The translations under genes were made by a program, and so were the position numbers. Positions 1 to 11,695 of a stretch of DNA of 64,000 bases are shown here, one piece after another (position 1 is the first letter of the stretch; every line of letters starts with the position of its first letter). The notes under the pieces are model-generated. The model was not told the origin of the DNA, did not search any database, and saw nothing but the letters and a program-made list of their open reading frames with translations. The DNA comes from Acutalibacteraceae bacterium (GTDB taxonomy: Bacteria; Bacillota; Clostridia; Oscillospirales; Acutalibacteraceae): positions 677-64,676 of the forward strand of contig JAZTYA010000033.1 in NCBI GenBank assembly GCA_045636705.1, written 5' to 3'.

Positions 1-38
1 GTCCTCGGTCCTGTTTTTTTATTCGAGGGACAAAAATT

Positions 39-821
39 ATGAAGTTTGAGAAGATAACATCTCGTGATAATGGTAATATAAAGTTTGTATCTGCGCTTAT
101 TGGGAGCAGTAAAAAACGCCGCGAAAACGGTCTTTTCGTCTTAGAGGGATTAAGACTTGTTGCTGATGCGGCGGCAAGCGGTTATACCTTTCAAATGCTC
201 TTTTTAAGCGAAACTGCATTTGCTAAGAATGAAGACGAAGCATTAAGCCTTTCGGCTATTTCGGACAAAACTTTTCTTTTGCCCGATAGCCTTTTTGCAA
301 AGGTTTCTGATACGGTAAACCCACAAGGATTTCTTGCAGTTTTAAAAATCAGTAAGACCCTTCTATCCTTAAAGGCGGATGGAAAGTTCATTGCGCTTGA
401 AAATCTTTCAGACCCCTCGAATTTGGGCGCAATTTCGCGTACGGCAGAGGCTTTTGGCTTTGACGGAATCGTATTGTCGGCTGACAGCGTCGACCCTTAT
501 GCGCCAAAATCACTTCGCGCTTCAATGGGCGCGCTTTTTAGAATTCCGCTTATGATAACCGACGATATCATCGGCACTGCAAAAGAGTTTGGTATTACGA
601 CCTATTCTGCCGTTATAAGTGATAAGGCTGAAGTCATAAATAAGACAAGCTTTAAAAAGGGCAGTATGATTATTATCGGCAACGAAGCTAACGGAATAAA
701 AAAGGAAACCGCTGACAAATCAGACAGGCTAATAACAATCCCCATGTCAGGTAAGGCGGAGTCGCTTAATGCTGCAACAGCGGCATCAATCATTATGTGG
801 GAGATGTGCCGTAATTTATGA
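39..821 (+). CDS. TrmH/SpoU-family RNA 2'-O-methyltransferase
   Basis: 260-aa ORF with C-terminal SpoU-type motifs (IIGNEANGI, ESLNAATAASI). It overlaps the next gene by 4 nt. Confidence 0.8.
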   Translation: MKFEKITSRDNGNIKFVSALIGSSKKRRENGLFVLEGLRLVADAAASGYTFQMLFLSETAFAKNEDEALSLSAISDKTFLLPDSLFAKVSDTVNPQGFLAVLKISKTLLSLKADGKFIALENLSDPSNLGAISRTAEAFGFDGIVLSADSVDPYAPKSLRASMGALFRIPLMITDDIIGTAKEFGITTYSAVISDKAEVINKTSFKKGSMIIIGNEANGIKKETADKSDRLITIPMSGKAESLNAATAASIIMWEMCRNL

Positions 822-2032
822 TTTATTGGGTTTGGCTTAATAAAGCTTTAGGCGCAGGGAATACAAAGTTTTTACCGCTTATTGAAAAATATAAATCCGC
901 AAAGGCAATTTTCGATTTAAGCGAAAGGGAGCTTTCTTTAAATTCGTTTTTAAGTAAAACCGAAGTAGATAAGTTAAAAAAGAAAAACCTCTTTTTTGCT
1001 AAAAAGACGCTTGAAAGCTGTAAGCAGGATAATATTAAAATTATTACCTTTAACGATAAAAACTATCCGTCGGTTTTAAGGAGTCTTGTCAACCCACCGA
1101 TTTGTCTTTACGTTAAAGGTGAACTTCCGAATTTTGACACAACTCCCTTAATTTGTATTGTAGGAAAACGTGAATGTTCGGATTATGGCAAAAAGGTTGC
1201 CTGGTCACTTTCTGCACGGCTTTCTCTTGGCGGAATTACTGTTTTAAGCGGTGGCGCAAAGGGCATAGACGCGTTTGCACACAAAGGCGCTTTAGATGTT
1301 GGAGCAAAGACCGTAGCAGTTTTAGCTTGCGGCGTTAATTACGATTATCTTAAGGTTAATAAAGAACTTCGCGAGACTATTTCTAAAAATGGTTGCTTGA
1401 TAAGTGAATATACGCCAAATGAACCTGTTTATAAACAAAATTTTCTTGTAAGAAACAGATTGCTTGCGGCTTTAACCTACGGCACAGTTGTCGTAGAGTC
1501 GGGCGAGGGTAGCGGCGCTACTATTACTGCAAACCATGCGGCAGAGCAAGGCAAGGAAGTTTTTGTTATAACCGGCAAACCCGACGACCCTAATTATTAT
1601 GGAAACAATCAGCTTTTACGCGATGGAGCAAAACCTGTTTTTGAGGCAAACGACATTTTCTTGGAATACATATCTCGTTTTGGCGATAAAATATTACCAA
1701 ACAAGGCAAACGAGGTTAATTTATCGAAGATTTTCTCAGAGAAAAACGGCAAGTCTAATAAGCCTGGTAAGCAAATTTCACCTGCCAAAGAGAGTAAAGA
1801 GCAAAAAATTCCGGAAAAATGCAAAAAAATAGTAAATATTGAAAATTTACCCCTTTCAAAAAATGCAAAAGTAGTATATAATTGTATAGATAATAACTTA
1901 TTCATTTTGGATGATTTATTATCCTCAGGATTATCATTCGATGAATTATTAATTGCTGTTACCGAGCTGGAACTTTTAGGACTTATAAAGGCTATGCCCG
2001 GTGGCAGATATTCTGTTTTAAGTAAGGAGTAA
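818..2032 (+). CDS. dprA: DNA-processing protein DprA (Smf)
   Basis: Rossmann-like DprA core (SGGAKGIDAFAHKGAL, VVESGEGSGATITA), a Lys-rich linker and a C-terminal winged-helix tail. It sits directly upstream of topA, as in many Firmicutes. Confidence 0.85.
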   Translation: MIYWVWLNKALGAGNTKFLPLIEKYKSAKAIFDLSERELSLNSFLSKTEVDKLKKKNLFFAKKTLESCKQDNIKIITFNDKNYPSVLRSLVNPPICLYVKGELPNFDTTPLICIVGKRECSDYGKKVAWSLSARLSLGGITVLSGGAKGIDAFAHKGALDVGAKTVAVLACGVNYDYLKVNKELRETISKNGCLISEYTPNEPVYKQNFLVRNRLLAALTYGTVVVESGEGSGATITANHAAEQGKEVFVITGKPDDPNYYGNNQLLRDGAKPVFEANDIFLEYISRFGDKILPNKANEVNLSKIFSEKNGKSNKPGKQISPAKESKEQKIPEKCKKIVNIENLPLSKNAKVVYNCIDNNLFILDDLLSSGLSFDELLIAVTELELLGLIKAMPGGRYSVLSKE

Positions 2033-2037
2033 TACAG

Positions 2038-4131
2038 TTGTCTAAATTAGTTATTGTGGAGTCACCTTCAAAAATTAAAACTGTTAAAAAGACCTTAGGC
2101 TCTGAATATAACGTTATGGCTTCAAAAGGTCATATTCGTGATTTACCTAAATCAAAGTTAGGCATTGACGTTAAGAACAATTTTAACCTTCAGTACATTA
2201 ATATGCCTGATAAAAAGGAACTTATAAAAGAACTACAAACCGCTGCTGCAAACAGTGATTTTGTTTATCTTGCAACCGACCCTGACCGTGAAGGAGAGGC
2301 AATTTCTTGGCACCTATCGAAACTGCTTGCGCTAAATCCCAATGATGCAGTAAGAGTTTCGTTCAACGAAATTACCGAAAGCGGTATAAAGGCAGGTATG
2401 GCAGCACCAAGACAGATTGATATGAATCTTGTTGATGCACAACAGGCAAGACGTGTTCTTGACAGAATCATAGGTTACAACCTAAGTCCTTTCCTTTGGA
2501 AAAAGGTTAAGAGCGGACTTTCTGCAGGAAGAGTGCAGAGTGTTGCTTTACGCCTTGTAGTTGACAGAGAAAGAGAAATAGAAGCATTTAAAGCAGAAGA
2601 GTTTTGGACAATAGTTGCAAAACTTTCGGCTTCAAGAAAGACCTTAACTGCGACCTTTTATGGAGATAAAAACGGCGAGAAGATTGATATTTCCAACGAG
2701 GATACCGCAAACAAGATAGTAGCCGACCTTGACGGCGCAGAATATGTTGTAACTAAGGTTAAAAACGGTGTTAGAAACAGACAACCTGCATATCCGTTTA
2801 TTACGTCAACCCTACAACAGGATGCATCAAGAAAGTTAGGCTTTACAGGTCAAAAGACCATGCGTGTAGCACAGCAGTTATACGAAGGAATTGATATTAA
2901 AGGCTTTGGTACAACAGGTCTTATTACCTATATGCGTACCGACTCGCTTAGAATTTCTGACGAGGCTCGTGCTGCGGCACAAAACTATATTCAAAGAACC
3001 TTTGGCGAAAAATATCTACCCAAAACACAAAGAGTGTTTAAGTCAAAGAGCAATTCACAGGATGCGCACGAGGCTATTCGTCCTACCGACGTAGAGTTTA
3101 CTCCTGAAAAGGTTAAGGATAGCTTATCTTCTGACCAATATAAGCTTTATAAGCTTATTTGGGAAAGATTTGTAGCTTCTTTAATGGCAAACTGCGTTCA
3201 GAATACCGTTGCAGTTGATATCGAGGCAAAGAATTATGTCTTCAAGGCAAGCGGTTATTCAATTAAGTTTGACGGATTTACCGTTCTTTATGAGGAGGGT
3301 AAAGATGACGACGCTGATGAAAACAGCAATCTTCCGACAGTAAACGAGGGCGAGGTTCTAAAACTTAAGGACCTAGCACCAAATCAGCACTTTACTCAGC
3401 CACCAAAGAGATATAGCGAGCCCACGTTGATTAAGGCACTCGATGATAACGGTATCGGAAGACCTTCAACCTATGCTCCTATCATCACAAACATCCTTCA
3501 AAGAGAGTATATCGAAAGGGAGAAAAAGTCCTTAAAACCTACCTCTCTTGGTATGGTTGTTTCAGACCTTATGGTTGAGCACTTTAAAAAATTTGTTGAA
3601 ATTAAATTTACGGCAGGCATGGAAAACAGCCTTGATAAAATCGGCTCAGGCGACCTTGACTGGCTTGAAACCATCGCCGATTTCTATAAAGATTTTGAGG
3701 TTGCACTTAAAAAGGCAGAGGAAAGTCTTTCAGGCAAACGCGTTAAGGTTCCGGTAGAGGAGTCTGACGAGGTTTGCGAAAAATGTGGCAAGACCATGGT
3801 TATAAGAACAGGCCGTTTCGGTAAGTTCTTAGCTTGTCCTGCATATCCTGAATGTAAGAATACAAAGCCTTTAGCAGAGGAAGAGGTTAAAAAGCCTTGT
3901 CCAAAGTGTGGCTCAAAACTTTTAAAGAGAACATCCAGAAAAACAGGTAAAAAGTTTTATGGTTGCTCTAACTATCCCGCTTGCGATTTTGCGGCACCCA
4001 ACGTGCCGACAGGAGACGTTTGTCCTGAATGCGGCGGATATATCCTTTACGGAGTCAGAGGACGCAAATACTGTATGAACAGTGAATGCCCAACAAGAAA
4101 GACAGATAAAAAGAAGAATGAAAAAGATTAA
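2038..4131 (+). CDS. topA: DNA topoisomerase I
   Basis: 697 aa. Toprim N-terminus ([18 protein letters not shown]), the active-site region YMRTDS, and three C-terminal CxxC...CxxC zinc ribbons. Confidence 0.95.
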   Translation: MSKLVIVESPSKIKTVKKTLGSEYNVMASKGHIRDLPKSKLGIDVKNNFNLQYINMPDKKELIKELQTAAANSDFVYLATDPDREGEAISWHLSKLLALNPNDAVRVSFNEITESGIKAGMAAPRQIDMNLVDAQQARRVLDRIIGYNLSPFLWKKVKSGLSAGRVQSVALRLVVDREREIEAFKAEEFWTIVAKLSASRKTLTATFYGDKNGEKIDISNEDTANKIVADLDGAEYVVTKVKNGVRNRQPAYPFITSTLQQDASRKLGFTGQKTMRVAQQLYEGIDIKGFGTTGLITYMRTDSLRISDEARAAAQNYIQRTFGEKYLPKTQRVFKSKSNSQDAHEAIRPTDVEFTPEKVKDSLSSDQYKLYKLIWERFVASLMANCVQNTVAVDIEAKNYVFKASGYSIKFDGFTVLYEEGKDDDADENSNLPTVNEGEVLKLKDLAPNQHFTQPPKRYSEPTLIKALDDNGIGRPSTYAPIITNILQREYIEREKKSLKPTSLGMVVSDLMVEHFKKFVEIKFTAGMENSLDKIGSGDLDWLETIADFYKDFEVALKKAEESLSGKRVKVPVEESDEVCEKCGKTMVIRTGRFGKFLACPAYPECKNTKPLAEEEVKKPCPKCGSKLLKRTSRKTGKKFYGCSNYPACDFAAPNVPTGDVCPECGGYILYGVRGRKYCMNSECPTRKTDKKKNEKD

Positions 4132-5422
4132 TGTAATAGGCGCAGGACTTGCAGGATGCGAAGCTGCTATTAGAATTGCTAATAGTGGAATAAAGGTTGA
4201 TTTATATGAAATGAAACCCGAAAAGCGCAGTCCTGCACATAAGACCGACCTTTTTGCAGAACTTGTATGTTCGAACTCGCTTAAGGCCGAAAGGGTAAAT
4301 TCTGCGGCAGGTCTTTTAAAGGCCGAAATGAGAAAATTTTCTTCGGTTTGCTTGACTGCTGCCGACAGTTGCAAGGTTGCGGCAGGCGGTGCTTTAGCGG
4401 TTGACCGTGAGTTGTTTGCCAAAGAGATAACAGAAAAAATAAAAAGTCATCCAAACATTACCATTAAAAATATGGTTGTTGATAAGATAGACGAAAATGA
4501 GGTTACGGTTATCGCAACAGGTCCTTTGACCGACGAGGCATTAACTAAGGAAATTAAACGCCTTTGTGGTAAAGATAATCTAAGTTTTTATGATGCCGCA
4601 GCGCCTATTGTTACCGCAGATAGTATTGATATGTCGATTGCCTTCAGAGCTTCTCGTTACGGAAAAGGCGATGACGACTATATCAATTGTCCTATGAACA
4701 AGGAAGAGTATGAAGCTTTTTATAACGAACTTGTTACGGCAGAAAGCGCCCCTTTAAAGGAATTTGACAAAGAAATTACCGTTTATGAAGGTTGTATGCC
4801 GGTTGAGGTTTTAGCCAAAAGGGGACATGATTCAATTCGATTTGGCCCCTTAAAGCCGGTTGGACTTCGTGACCCGAGAACCGATAAACGGCCTTGGGCG
4901 GTTGTTCAGCTTCGTAGCGAAAACAAGGACGGCACGCTTTATAATTTAGTAGGATTTCAGACCAACCTTAAATTTCCCGAACAAAAAAGGGTCTTTTCTA
5001 TGATACCGGGTCTTGAAAATGCCGAGTTTATGCGATATGGTGTAATGCATAGAAACTCCTTTATTGATTCCCCTAGAGTATTAAATAAAAATCTATCACT
5101 AAAAAATCACCCAAATATATTTTTTGCAGGACAAATCACAGGTGTAGAGGGTTATATGGAGTCTGCTGCAAGCGGCATTATCGCAGGTGTTAACGCAGTA
5201 AGGTATCTAAACGGACAAGAAGCTTTAGTTTTACCAAATACCACTATGATAGGTGCTTTGCTTGAATATATTACCGATGATTCGGTTAAGGATTTTCAAC
5301 CTATGGGAGCAAACTTTGGCATAATGCCACAGCTTGATAAGGTGATTAGAGATAAAAAAGAAAGGTATCAAGCTTTGGCTGACCGCTCGCTTGAAACCTT
5401 AAATTTAAACTATACGGAGTAA
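4118..5422 (+). CDS. trmFO: Methylenetetrahydrofolate--tRNA-(uracil-5-)-methyltransferase TrmFO
   Basis: FAD-binding N-terminus [14 protein letters not shown] and a Gid/TrmFO-like body. I prefer the ATG at 4118 over the GTG at 4082 in the ORF track. It overlaps the topA 3' end. Confidence 0.88.
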   Translation: MKKINVIGAGLAGCEAAIRIANSGIKVDLYEMKPEKRSPAHKTDLFAELVCSNSLKAERVNSAAGLLKAEMRKFSSVCLTAADSCKVAAGGALAVDRELFAKEITEKIKSHPNITIKNMVVDKIDENEVTVIATGPLTDEALTKEIKRLCGKDNLSFYDAAAPIVTADSIDMSIAFRASRYGKGDDDYINCPMNKEEYEAFYNELVTAESAPLKEFDKEITVYEGCMPVEVLAKRGHDSIRFGPLKPVGLRDPRTDKRPWAVVQLRSENKDGTLYNLVGFQTNLKFPEQKRVFSMIPGLENAEFMRYGVMHRNSFIDSPRVLNKNLSLKNHPNIFFAGQITGVEGYMESAASGIIAGVNAVRYLNGQEALVLPNTTMIGALLEYITDDSVKDFQPMGANFGIMPQLDKVIRDKKERYQALADRSLETLNLNYTE

Positions 5423-5425
5423 AAT

Positions 5426-6424
5426 ATGAGAATTGTAGTTGACGCTTTCGGAGGCGATAATGCGCCACTCGAAATTATTAAAGGCTCAGCCCTTGCAGAA
5501 AAAGAATATGGTGTAGAAATCATTCTTTGCGGTGATGAAGAAACCATAAAGAAGTGCATATCGGATAATGATATCAAGTTTAACAACCTAACTATCGTTC
5601 ATGCGCCAGATGTAATTTCAATGCATGATGACCCAACATCGCTTTTAAAAGCATTTAAGAATTCTTCAATGGCACAAGCTTTTAGAACCCTTGCTGAAGG
5701 AAATGCAGATGCATTCGTTTCTGCAGGCAGCACAGGCGCTGTTGTTGTTGGAGGAACCTTTATTGTTAAAAGAATTAAGGGTATAAAGCGTCCTGCTTTA
5801 GCCGCAATTTTACCAGCTACTAAGGGCAATGTTATGCTTATGGATATAGGCGCAAATGCCGAGTGCAGACCCGAAATGATAGCACAGTTTGGTACAATGG
5901 CTTCGGTTTATCTTGAAAAGGTAGAGTCTATTAAAAATCCTACGGTAGGACTTTTAAATATAGGCGCAGAGGAAACTAAGGGTACCGAAATTCATAAGGA
6001 AGCGTATAAGATTTTATCCGAATCGGGACTTAACTTCATAGGTAACGTTGAGTCAAGAGAACTTCTTAGCGGTGCGGCTGATGCCGTTGTAACCGACGGA
6101 TTTACAGGAAATATAGCACTAAAATTAATTGAGGGCACGGTTAAAACACTATTTTCAATGTTAGTGCCTGTATTTAAAAAGAATATATTTACAAAGCTTT
6201 CATTCTTAACCTTAAAAGACGGACTTAGAGGAATTAAGAAAAAACTTAATGCGGATGAGGTTGGCGGCGCGCCCCTTCTTGGAACTAAAAAGCCGGTGTT
6301 TAAAGCTCACGGAAGCTCTAATGCAGAGGCATTTAAAAACGCCATACATAAGGCAATGCTATTCGCACAAAACAATGTTATAGAAACAATAGAATCAAGT
6401 TATCAAAACGAGGAATTAGACTAA
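5426..6424 (+). CDS. plsX: Phosphate acyltransferase PlsX
   Basis: MRIVVDAFGGDNAP N-terminus and the FTGNIALK motif. Confidence 0.93.
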   Translation: MRIVVDAFGGDNAPLEIIKGSALAEKEYGVEIILCGDEETIKKCISDNDIKFNNLTIVHAPDVISMHDDPTSLLKAFKNSSMAQAFRTLAEGNADAFVSAGSTGAVVVGGTFIVKRIKGIKRPALAAILPATKGNVMLMDIGANAECRPEMIAQFGTMASVYLEKVESIKNPTVGLLNIGAEETKGTEIHKEAYKILSESGLNFIGNVESRELLSGAADAVVTDGFTGNIALKLIEGTVKTLFSMLVPVFKKNIFTKLSFLTLKDGLRGIKKKLNADEVGGAPLLGTKKPVFKAHGSSNAEAFKNAIHKAMLFAQNNVIETIESSYQNEELD

Positions 6425-6426
6425 TT

Positions 6427-7110
6427 ATGATTGCAGAGTTTGAACAGATTTTAAATTACAAATTTAATAATGTTGAACTGCTAAAAAATGCTTTAACCCA
6501 TTCATCTTATGCTAACGAAACACACTCGCACGGCGGCTCTAACGAACGACTCGAGTTTTTGGGAGACTCGGTTTTATCAATTGTAGTTTCAGACTATATT
6601 TATAAAAACTTCAAGTCACTCCCCGAAGGAGAGCTTACAAAACTTCGAGCATCCTTGGTTTGTGAAAAGACCTTGTTTTCTTTTGCAAAACAGATAAATC
6701 TTGGCGATTTTATTTTGCTTGGAAAAGGGGAACAGAACAACCAGGGTAACGAGAGAGCGTCTATTCTTTCGGATGCTTTTGAGGCAGTGCTTGCCGCAAT
6801 TTATCTTGACGGTGGTATTGATGCGGCTAGAAAGCATGTTTTACGCTTTATTGTGCCCGAACTAAAAAAGCACGATATAGAAACCTTTAAGGATTACAAA
6901 ACCGCTTTGCAAGAGGTTATTCAGCGCAACCCTGAGGAAAGACTAAAGTATGTATTGACCGATGAAACGGGTCCTGACCACGATAAACGTTTTACGGTTG
7001 AGGTTCACTTAAATTCAAACGTAATCGGATGCGGTGTCGGTAAAAGTAAAAAGCAAGCCGAGCAAGAGGCCGCAAAACAAGCTCTTCATTTAATGGGTCT
7101 TGAAGTATGA
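6427..7110 (+). CDS. rnc: Ribonuclease III
   Basis: RNase III signature ERLEFLGDSVL plus a C-terminal dsRBD (GKSKKQAEQEAAKQAL). Confidence 0.95.
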   Translation: MIAEFEQILNYKFNNVELLKNALTHSSYANETHSHGGSNERLEFLGDSVLSIVVSDYIYKNFKSLPEGELTKLRASLVCEKTLFSFAKQINLGDFILLGKGEQNNQGNERASILSDAFEAVLAAIYLDGGIDAARKHVLRFIVPELKKHDIETFKDYKTALQEVIQRNPEERLKYVLTDETGPDHDKRFTVEVHLNSNVIGCGVGKSKKQAEQEAAKQALHLMGLEV

Positions 7111-8093
7111 GTCACGCAAATATTTCTATATTTGTAACACATTTGGGTTGTCCTAATCAGTGTAGTTTTTGTAACCAAAGGCATATTGCCAAAACCGAAG
7201 CAATAACAGACACTTCTTCAATAGATAAGGCTGTTTTGCTTGCAAAAACCTCTAAAAACTATGACCCGAAAAACACACAAATTGCCTTTTTCGGCGGCAG
7301 TTTTACGGCAATTGACCGAGAATATATGCTTTCGCTTTTAAAGACGGCTTATAACTATATAAAAAGCGGCGATATTTCTGGCATTAGAATTTCAACCAGA
7401 CCTGACTTTATTGATGAAGAGGTCTTAGAAATTTTAAAAGAATACGGAGTTATCGCAATTGAGCTTGGCGCACAGAGTATGTGTGACGACGTTCTTTTGC
7501 TAAACGACCGTGGACATACTGCGGAAGACGTTAAAAAGGCGTCAAAGCTTATAAAGTCAAACGGATTTGAATTAGGCCTTCAAATGATGACGGGACTTTT
7601 TGGAGACTCGGATGAAAAGGCTATAAAAACCGCTCAAAAAATCATTGAGCTAAAGCCTTCAACTGTTCGAATTTATCCAACAATAGTTTTAAAGGGGACA
7701 AGGCTTGAACAACTCTTAAACACTGGGGAATATAAGCCGCAGACCTTAGATGAGGCAATTAGGCTTTCGATTGGTCTAAAAAATATGTTTTTGGAAAACG
7801 ATATTAAGGTAATTCGTTTAGGACTTCATACAATTGATGAATCAATGTTTGTAGCAGGTCCTTGGCATCCGTCTTTTGCCGAACTTTGCGAGTCGGAAGA
7901 GTATTTTAAAAGGTTTAAAGACCTTTTAAAAGAAAAGGGTTCATATGAGCTTTTTGTTTATCCTTCTGAATTATCAAAGGCAATAGGCAATAAACGTAAA
8001 AATATTAACAGAATGGCAGAGCTTGGAGTAAATTTAAAAATTTCTCCTAGCGAAAGTTTAGAAAAACACGAAATCAAAGTAGTGAAAAATTAA
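7107..8093 (+). CDS. Radical SAM protein (ELP3/MiaB-like fold), function unknown
   Basis: CPNQCSFC (CxxxCxxC) cluster motif near the N-terminus. 4-nt overlap with rnc. Confidence 0.7.
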   Translation: MSHANISIFVTHLGCPNQCSFCNQRHIAKTEAITDTSSIDKAVLLAKTSKNYDPKNTQIAFFGGSFTAIDREYMLSLLKTAYNYIKSGDISGIRISTRPDFIDEEVLEILKEYGVIAIELGAQSMCDDVLLLNDRGHTAEDVKKASKLIKSNGFELGLQMMTGLFGDSDEKAIKTAQKIIELKPSTVRIYPTIVLKGTRLEQLLNTGEYKPQTLDEAIRLSIGLKNMFLENDIKVIRLGLHTIDESMFVAGPWHPSFAELCESEEYFKRFKDLLKEKGSYELFVYPSELSKAIGNKRKNINRMAELGVNLKISPSESLEKHEIKVVKN

Positions 8094-8114
8094 AGCCCGG
8101 AGGGAAGTGAAATA

Positions 8115-11100
8115 ATGCTGTTAACATCTATTCAAATACAAGGCTTTAAATCATTTGCAGATAAAACTGTATTAAAATTCGGCAGAGGTGTTACCGCAGT
8201 TGTTGGACCTAACGGTAGTGGTAAAAGTAACATATCCGATGCGGTTCGTTGGGTTCTTGGTGAACAGTCCTTAAAAAGCCTTCGTGGACAGTCAATGGAA
8301 GATGTTATTTTTGACGGCACGGCAGATAGGTCTGCTCACGGTTTTTGTGAGGTTACACTTAATATTGATAATGCCGACAGAGAACTTAATTTTGACAATG
8401 ATTTTGTCTCTGTAACACGTAGATATTATCGTTCACACGATAGTGAGTATCTTATCAACGGCAACGTTGTAAGACTCCGCGATATACACGAACTCTTTAT
8501 GGATACAGGTCTTGGCCGCGATGGTTATTCAATTATCGGTCAGGGTAAAATTGATGCTATTATCAGCACAAAATCTCAAGAACGTCGTGATATTTTTGAA
8601 GAGGCTTCAGGAATTTCACGTTATAGATACAGAAAAGTTGACGCCGAGCGCAAGCTTGCCGCAGCCGATGAAAATATTCTTCGCCTTTTAGACATTATGA
8701 AGGAACTTGAGGGCAGAATTGGTCCCTTAGCCGAACAGAGTCGTAAGGCAGAGCTCTTTTTAACATTAGCCGAGCAAAAGAAGGAACTTGAAATAGGCCT
8801 TTGGGTTGACCTGCTCAATAACTCAAAGGAAAGACTTAAAACCCAAGAGGATAAGATTTCCTTAATTCAGTCACACTATAAGCAAATCGAGGACAAACTT
8901 ATAGGTTTTGATGAGCAGAACGAAAAGAATTCTGCAGATTTCATGCGTTTTTCTGCTCAAATCGAAGACAAAAGACAGAGAATTTCGGAGTATAACGAAA
9001 ACATTGCAAGACTTAACGGTGAAATCTCTGTATTTAATAACGACATCCTTCACAACAACCAAACTATCGAAAGATTAAAGGGCGAACTTTTAGAAATTTC
9101 AGGTTCTAAGGATAAGGAAAAGGATGAAATTGCATTAAAGCAGGAGCAAATTGCTGACAAAAACATAAAAATTGAAGGTCTTGACACGCTCCTTAAGGAT
9201 ACAGAAAAGGAATTAGCAGAGCTTCTTTTGAGTAGCGAATCTGTTTCTAAAAAGATAGAGAATCATATTATTTCTTTAAATGAAATTTCATCAAAATCAG
9301 CCGACGTTAAGGTTGAGGTTTTATCTGCAGCCTCTTCGGTTTTAGAAATCGAAGAAAGGAAGTCTACTGTTGACGAACTTTTAGCAGAGCAGAACAAAGC
9401 TTTTGAAGACCTTAAAACCGAAAACGATGAGATTGCAAAGCTTCTTGATAAAATAGAAGAGGATATCGCTTCCTATCAAAACTCTTTAAACGGTTATTTG
9501 CTTAAACTTAAAAACCGTAAAGAATCGGTTGATGAAATCAAGAATTCAGTTGATGAAATGCATCTCGATATCGAGGCAAAAAAGAGAAAAATTCAGATTT
9601 TAGAAGACCTTGAAAAGAATATGGATGGTTTCTCTCATCCTGTTAAGACTGTCATGAAGCAGGCAACTGATGGCACCTTAAAGGGTGTTTTCGGACCTGT
9701 TTTACGACTAATTTCCGTAAAGGATGAATATTCGGTTGCCATTGAAACCGCGCTTGGTACTGCAACACAAAACATCGTTGTAGATACAGAGGCTACCGCT
9801 AAGCGCGCCATTGAAATGCTTAAACGTTCAAATTCGGGCCGTGCTACTTTCCTTCCCGTATCTTCGGTTAAGGCAAAAGAATTTAAGGACGGCGATTTTG
9901 AGGATAAGTATGGCTACGTTGACGTAGCAAGTAACCTTGTTCAGTGTGATGAAAAGTTCAGAGAGATTGTAAATCATCTTCTTTCGGGCACAATAGTAGT
10001 TGAGGATATTGACTCGGCTATTGCAATTGCCAAGGAGTTTAAGTATCGCGTAAAGATAGTAACCCTTGACGGTCAGGTTGTTAACCTTGGCGGTTCTATC
10101 ACAGGTGGTTCGCTCGTTAAGAATGCAGGTCTCCTTTTAAGAACAAAGGAAATCGAAAAATTAAAGAGCGAGCTTGAAAAGTTAGAAGCAAAACTTAAGG
10201 AAAAACAAAAGCAGTATGACAATGCGCTTTTAGACCTTTCTTCAATTGAAGGCAGTATTGCGGCAGACCAAGATATCTTAAAAACTGCAAGTGAGGACAA
10301 AATCCGTTTGCTTGTTGAACTTAAGAGGGTTGCCGAACTTAAGGATTCTTCTGAAAAAATAATTAATTCACTCAAGGAAGAAAAGACTTCTGCAGATGAG
10401 AAAATACTTGCAATTAACAAATCTGCTGAAGCTTCTAAGGCGGAACTTGAAAAACTGGAAAATGAGAAGAAAGCTTTAAATAAGCTTATTTCGGAAATGT
10501 CTGACGGTAGGGAAGAACTTGGAACCAAGCGTGAAGAGTTAGCCTCAAAGATAACCGAAACAAAGCTTCTTATTATCGAGTTTGAAAAGGACGTTGAGGC
10601 ATTAAATGCTTCAATTGCTGCGCTTAACGCTTCGGATGCAAACCGAGTAGAAACCATTAAGCAATTAAACGAGGAAATCGAAAAATATACAAAGAGCAAC
10701 GAAGAAATCGGCGTCAATATTGCCGATATTAATACAACTGTTGAAACTCTTAAAAAGGCAATTTCCGACTTTAATACAGAAATCGAAACATATATAACCC
10801 GCAGAAATGATATCGAGCAACAGGGCGCAACCCTTCGTGGTGAGGAAAAAGAACTTTCCTTAGAACGCGAAAAGCTAGGTGGAGAGCTTGCTCGACTTTC
10901 TGAACGTAGGGATAATATGTTAAAAGAGTGTGAGGACGTTTTAAGACAACTCTTTGATGAGTATCAGCTTACCAAGACCGAAGCAGAGTCTTTAGATATA
11001 AAGATTGAAAATCCTGCAGCGGCTAAAAAGAATCTTGCTGAAATTAAGTCTAAAATCCGTTCGCTTGGCAACGTTAACGTTTCGGCAATTGAGGAATATA

Positions 11101-11693
11101 AAGAGGTTAGCGAGCGTTATTCCTTCATGAAGGAGCAGATGGACGACCTCGAGAAATCCAAGACCGAGCTTAGAAAACTTATCACACAGTTAACCGACCA
11201 AATGAAGGAACTCTTTATTACCGGATTTAATCAAATAGGCGAAAACTTTTCAACTACGTTCTCCGATTTATTTGGCGGAGGTTCGGCAAAACTTGTGCTC
11301 ACCGACCCCAATAACGTACTTGAAAGCGGAATTGATATTGTTGCAAAACTTCCGGGTAAAAACGTTCCAAGCCTTGACAGCCTTTCGGGTGGTGAAAAGG
11401 CGCTTGTTGCCCTTTCAATTTACTTCGCAATTATGAAGGTAAATGCACCTCCGTTCTGCTTCCTTGACGAGGTTGATACTGCGCTTGATGATATCAACGT
11501 TGAACGATTTGCCGATTATATGGTTAAATCCAACTTTAAAACACAGTTTATCTGCATAACACACAGACGCGGTACTATGGAAGCCGCAGATATGCTTTAT
11601 GGTGTTACAATGCAGGAAAAGGGTGTTTCAAAGCTTCTTGAACTTAATGTAACAGAGCTTGAAAAGCAGTTAAATCTTGAGAACAGGAGATAA
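8115..11693 (+). CDS. smc: Chromosome segregation protein SMC
   Basis: 1192 aa. Walker A GPNGSGKSN, long coiled coils, a hinge, the signature motif LSGGEKAL and Walker B FCFLDEVD. Confidence 0.97.
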   Translation: MLLTSIQIQGFKSFADKTVLKFGRGVTAVVGPNGSGKSNISDAVRWVLGEQSLKSLRGQSMEDVIFDGTADRSAHGFCEVTLNIDNADRELNFDNDFVSVTRRYYRSHDSEYLINGNVVRLRDIHELFMDTGLGRDGYSIIGQGKIDAIISTKSQERRDIFEEASGISRYRYRKVDAERKLAAADENILRLLDIMKELEGRIGPLAEQSRKAELFLTLAEQKKELEIGLWVDLLNNSKERLKTQEDKISLIQSHYKQIEDKLIGFDEQNEKNSADFMRFSAQIEDKRQRISEYNENIARLNGEISVFNNDILHNNQTIERLKGELLEISGSKDKEKDEIALKQEQIADKNIKIEGLDTLLKDTEKELAELLLSSESVSKKIENHIISLNEISSKSADVKVEVLSAASSVLEIEERKSTVDELLAEQNKAFEDLKTENDEIAKLLDKIEEDIASYQNSLNGYLLKLKNRKESVDEIKNSVDEMHLDIEAKKRKIQILEDLEKNMDGFSHPVKTVMKQATDGTLKGVFGPVLRLISVKDEYSVAIETALGTATQNIVVDTEATAKRAIEMLKRSNSGRATFLPVSSVKAKEFKDGDFEDKYGYVDVASNLVQCDEKFREIVNHLLSGTIVVEDIDSAIAIAKEFKYRVKIVTLDGQVVNLGGSITGGSLVKNAGLLLRTKEIEKLKSELEKLEAKLKEKQKQYDNALLDLSSIEGSIAADQDILKTASEDKIRLLVELKRVAELKDSSEKIINSLKEEKTSADEKILAINKSAEASKAELEKLENEKKALNKLISEMSDGREELGTKREELASKITETKLLIIEFEKDVEALNASIAALNASDANRVETIKQLNEEIEKYTKSNEEIGVNIADINTTVETLKKAISDFNTEIETYITRRNDIEQQGATLRGEEKELSLEREKLGGELARLSERRDNMLKECEDVLRQLFDEYQLTKTEAESLDIKIENPAAAKKNLAEIKSKIRSLGNVNVSAIEEYKEVSERYSFMKEQMDDLEKSKTELRKLITQLTDQMKELFITGFNQIGENFSTTFSDLFGGGSAKLVLTDPNNVLESGIDIVAKLPGKNVPSLDSLSGGEKALVALSIYFAIMKVNAPPFCFLDEVDTALDDINVERFADYMVKSNFKTQFICITHRRGTMEAADMLYGVTMQEKGVSKLLELNVTELEKQLNLENRR

Positions 11694-11695
11694 AG

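Noticed and set aside
1-38. Imperfect hairpin GTCCTCG...CGAGGGAC with an internal T-run at the window edge
   Set aside because: It is truncated by the window boundary, so I cannot tell whether it is a terminator of an upstream gene or part of a leader.
3922-4422. 166-aa minus-strand ORF spanning the topA/trmFO junction
   Set aside because: It overlaps two strongly supported plus-strand genes and has no recognisable motifs.
10073-10717. 214-aa minus-strand ORF inside smc
   Set aside because: It is antisense to the SMC coiled-coil region, its translation is Ser/Phe-rich and low-complexity, and the sense strand is unambiguous.
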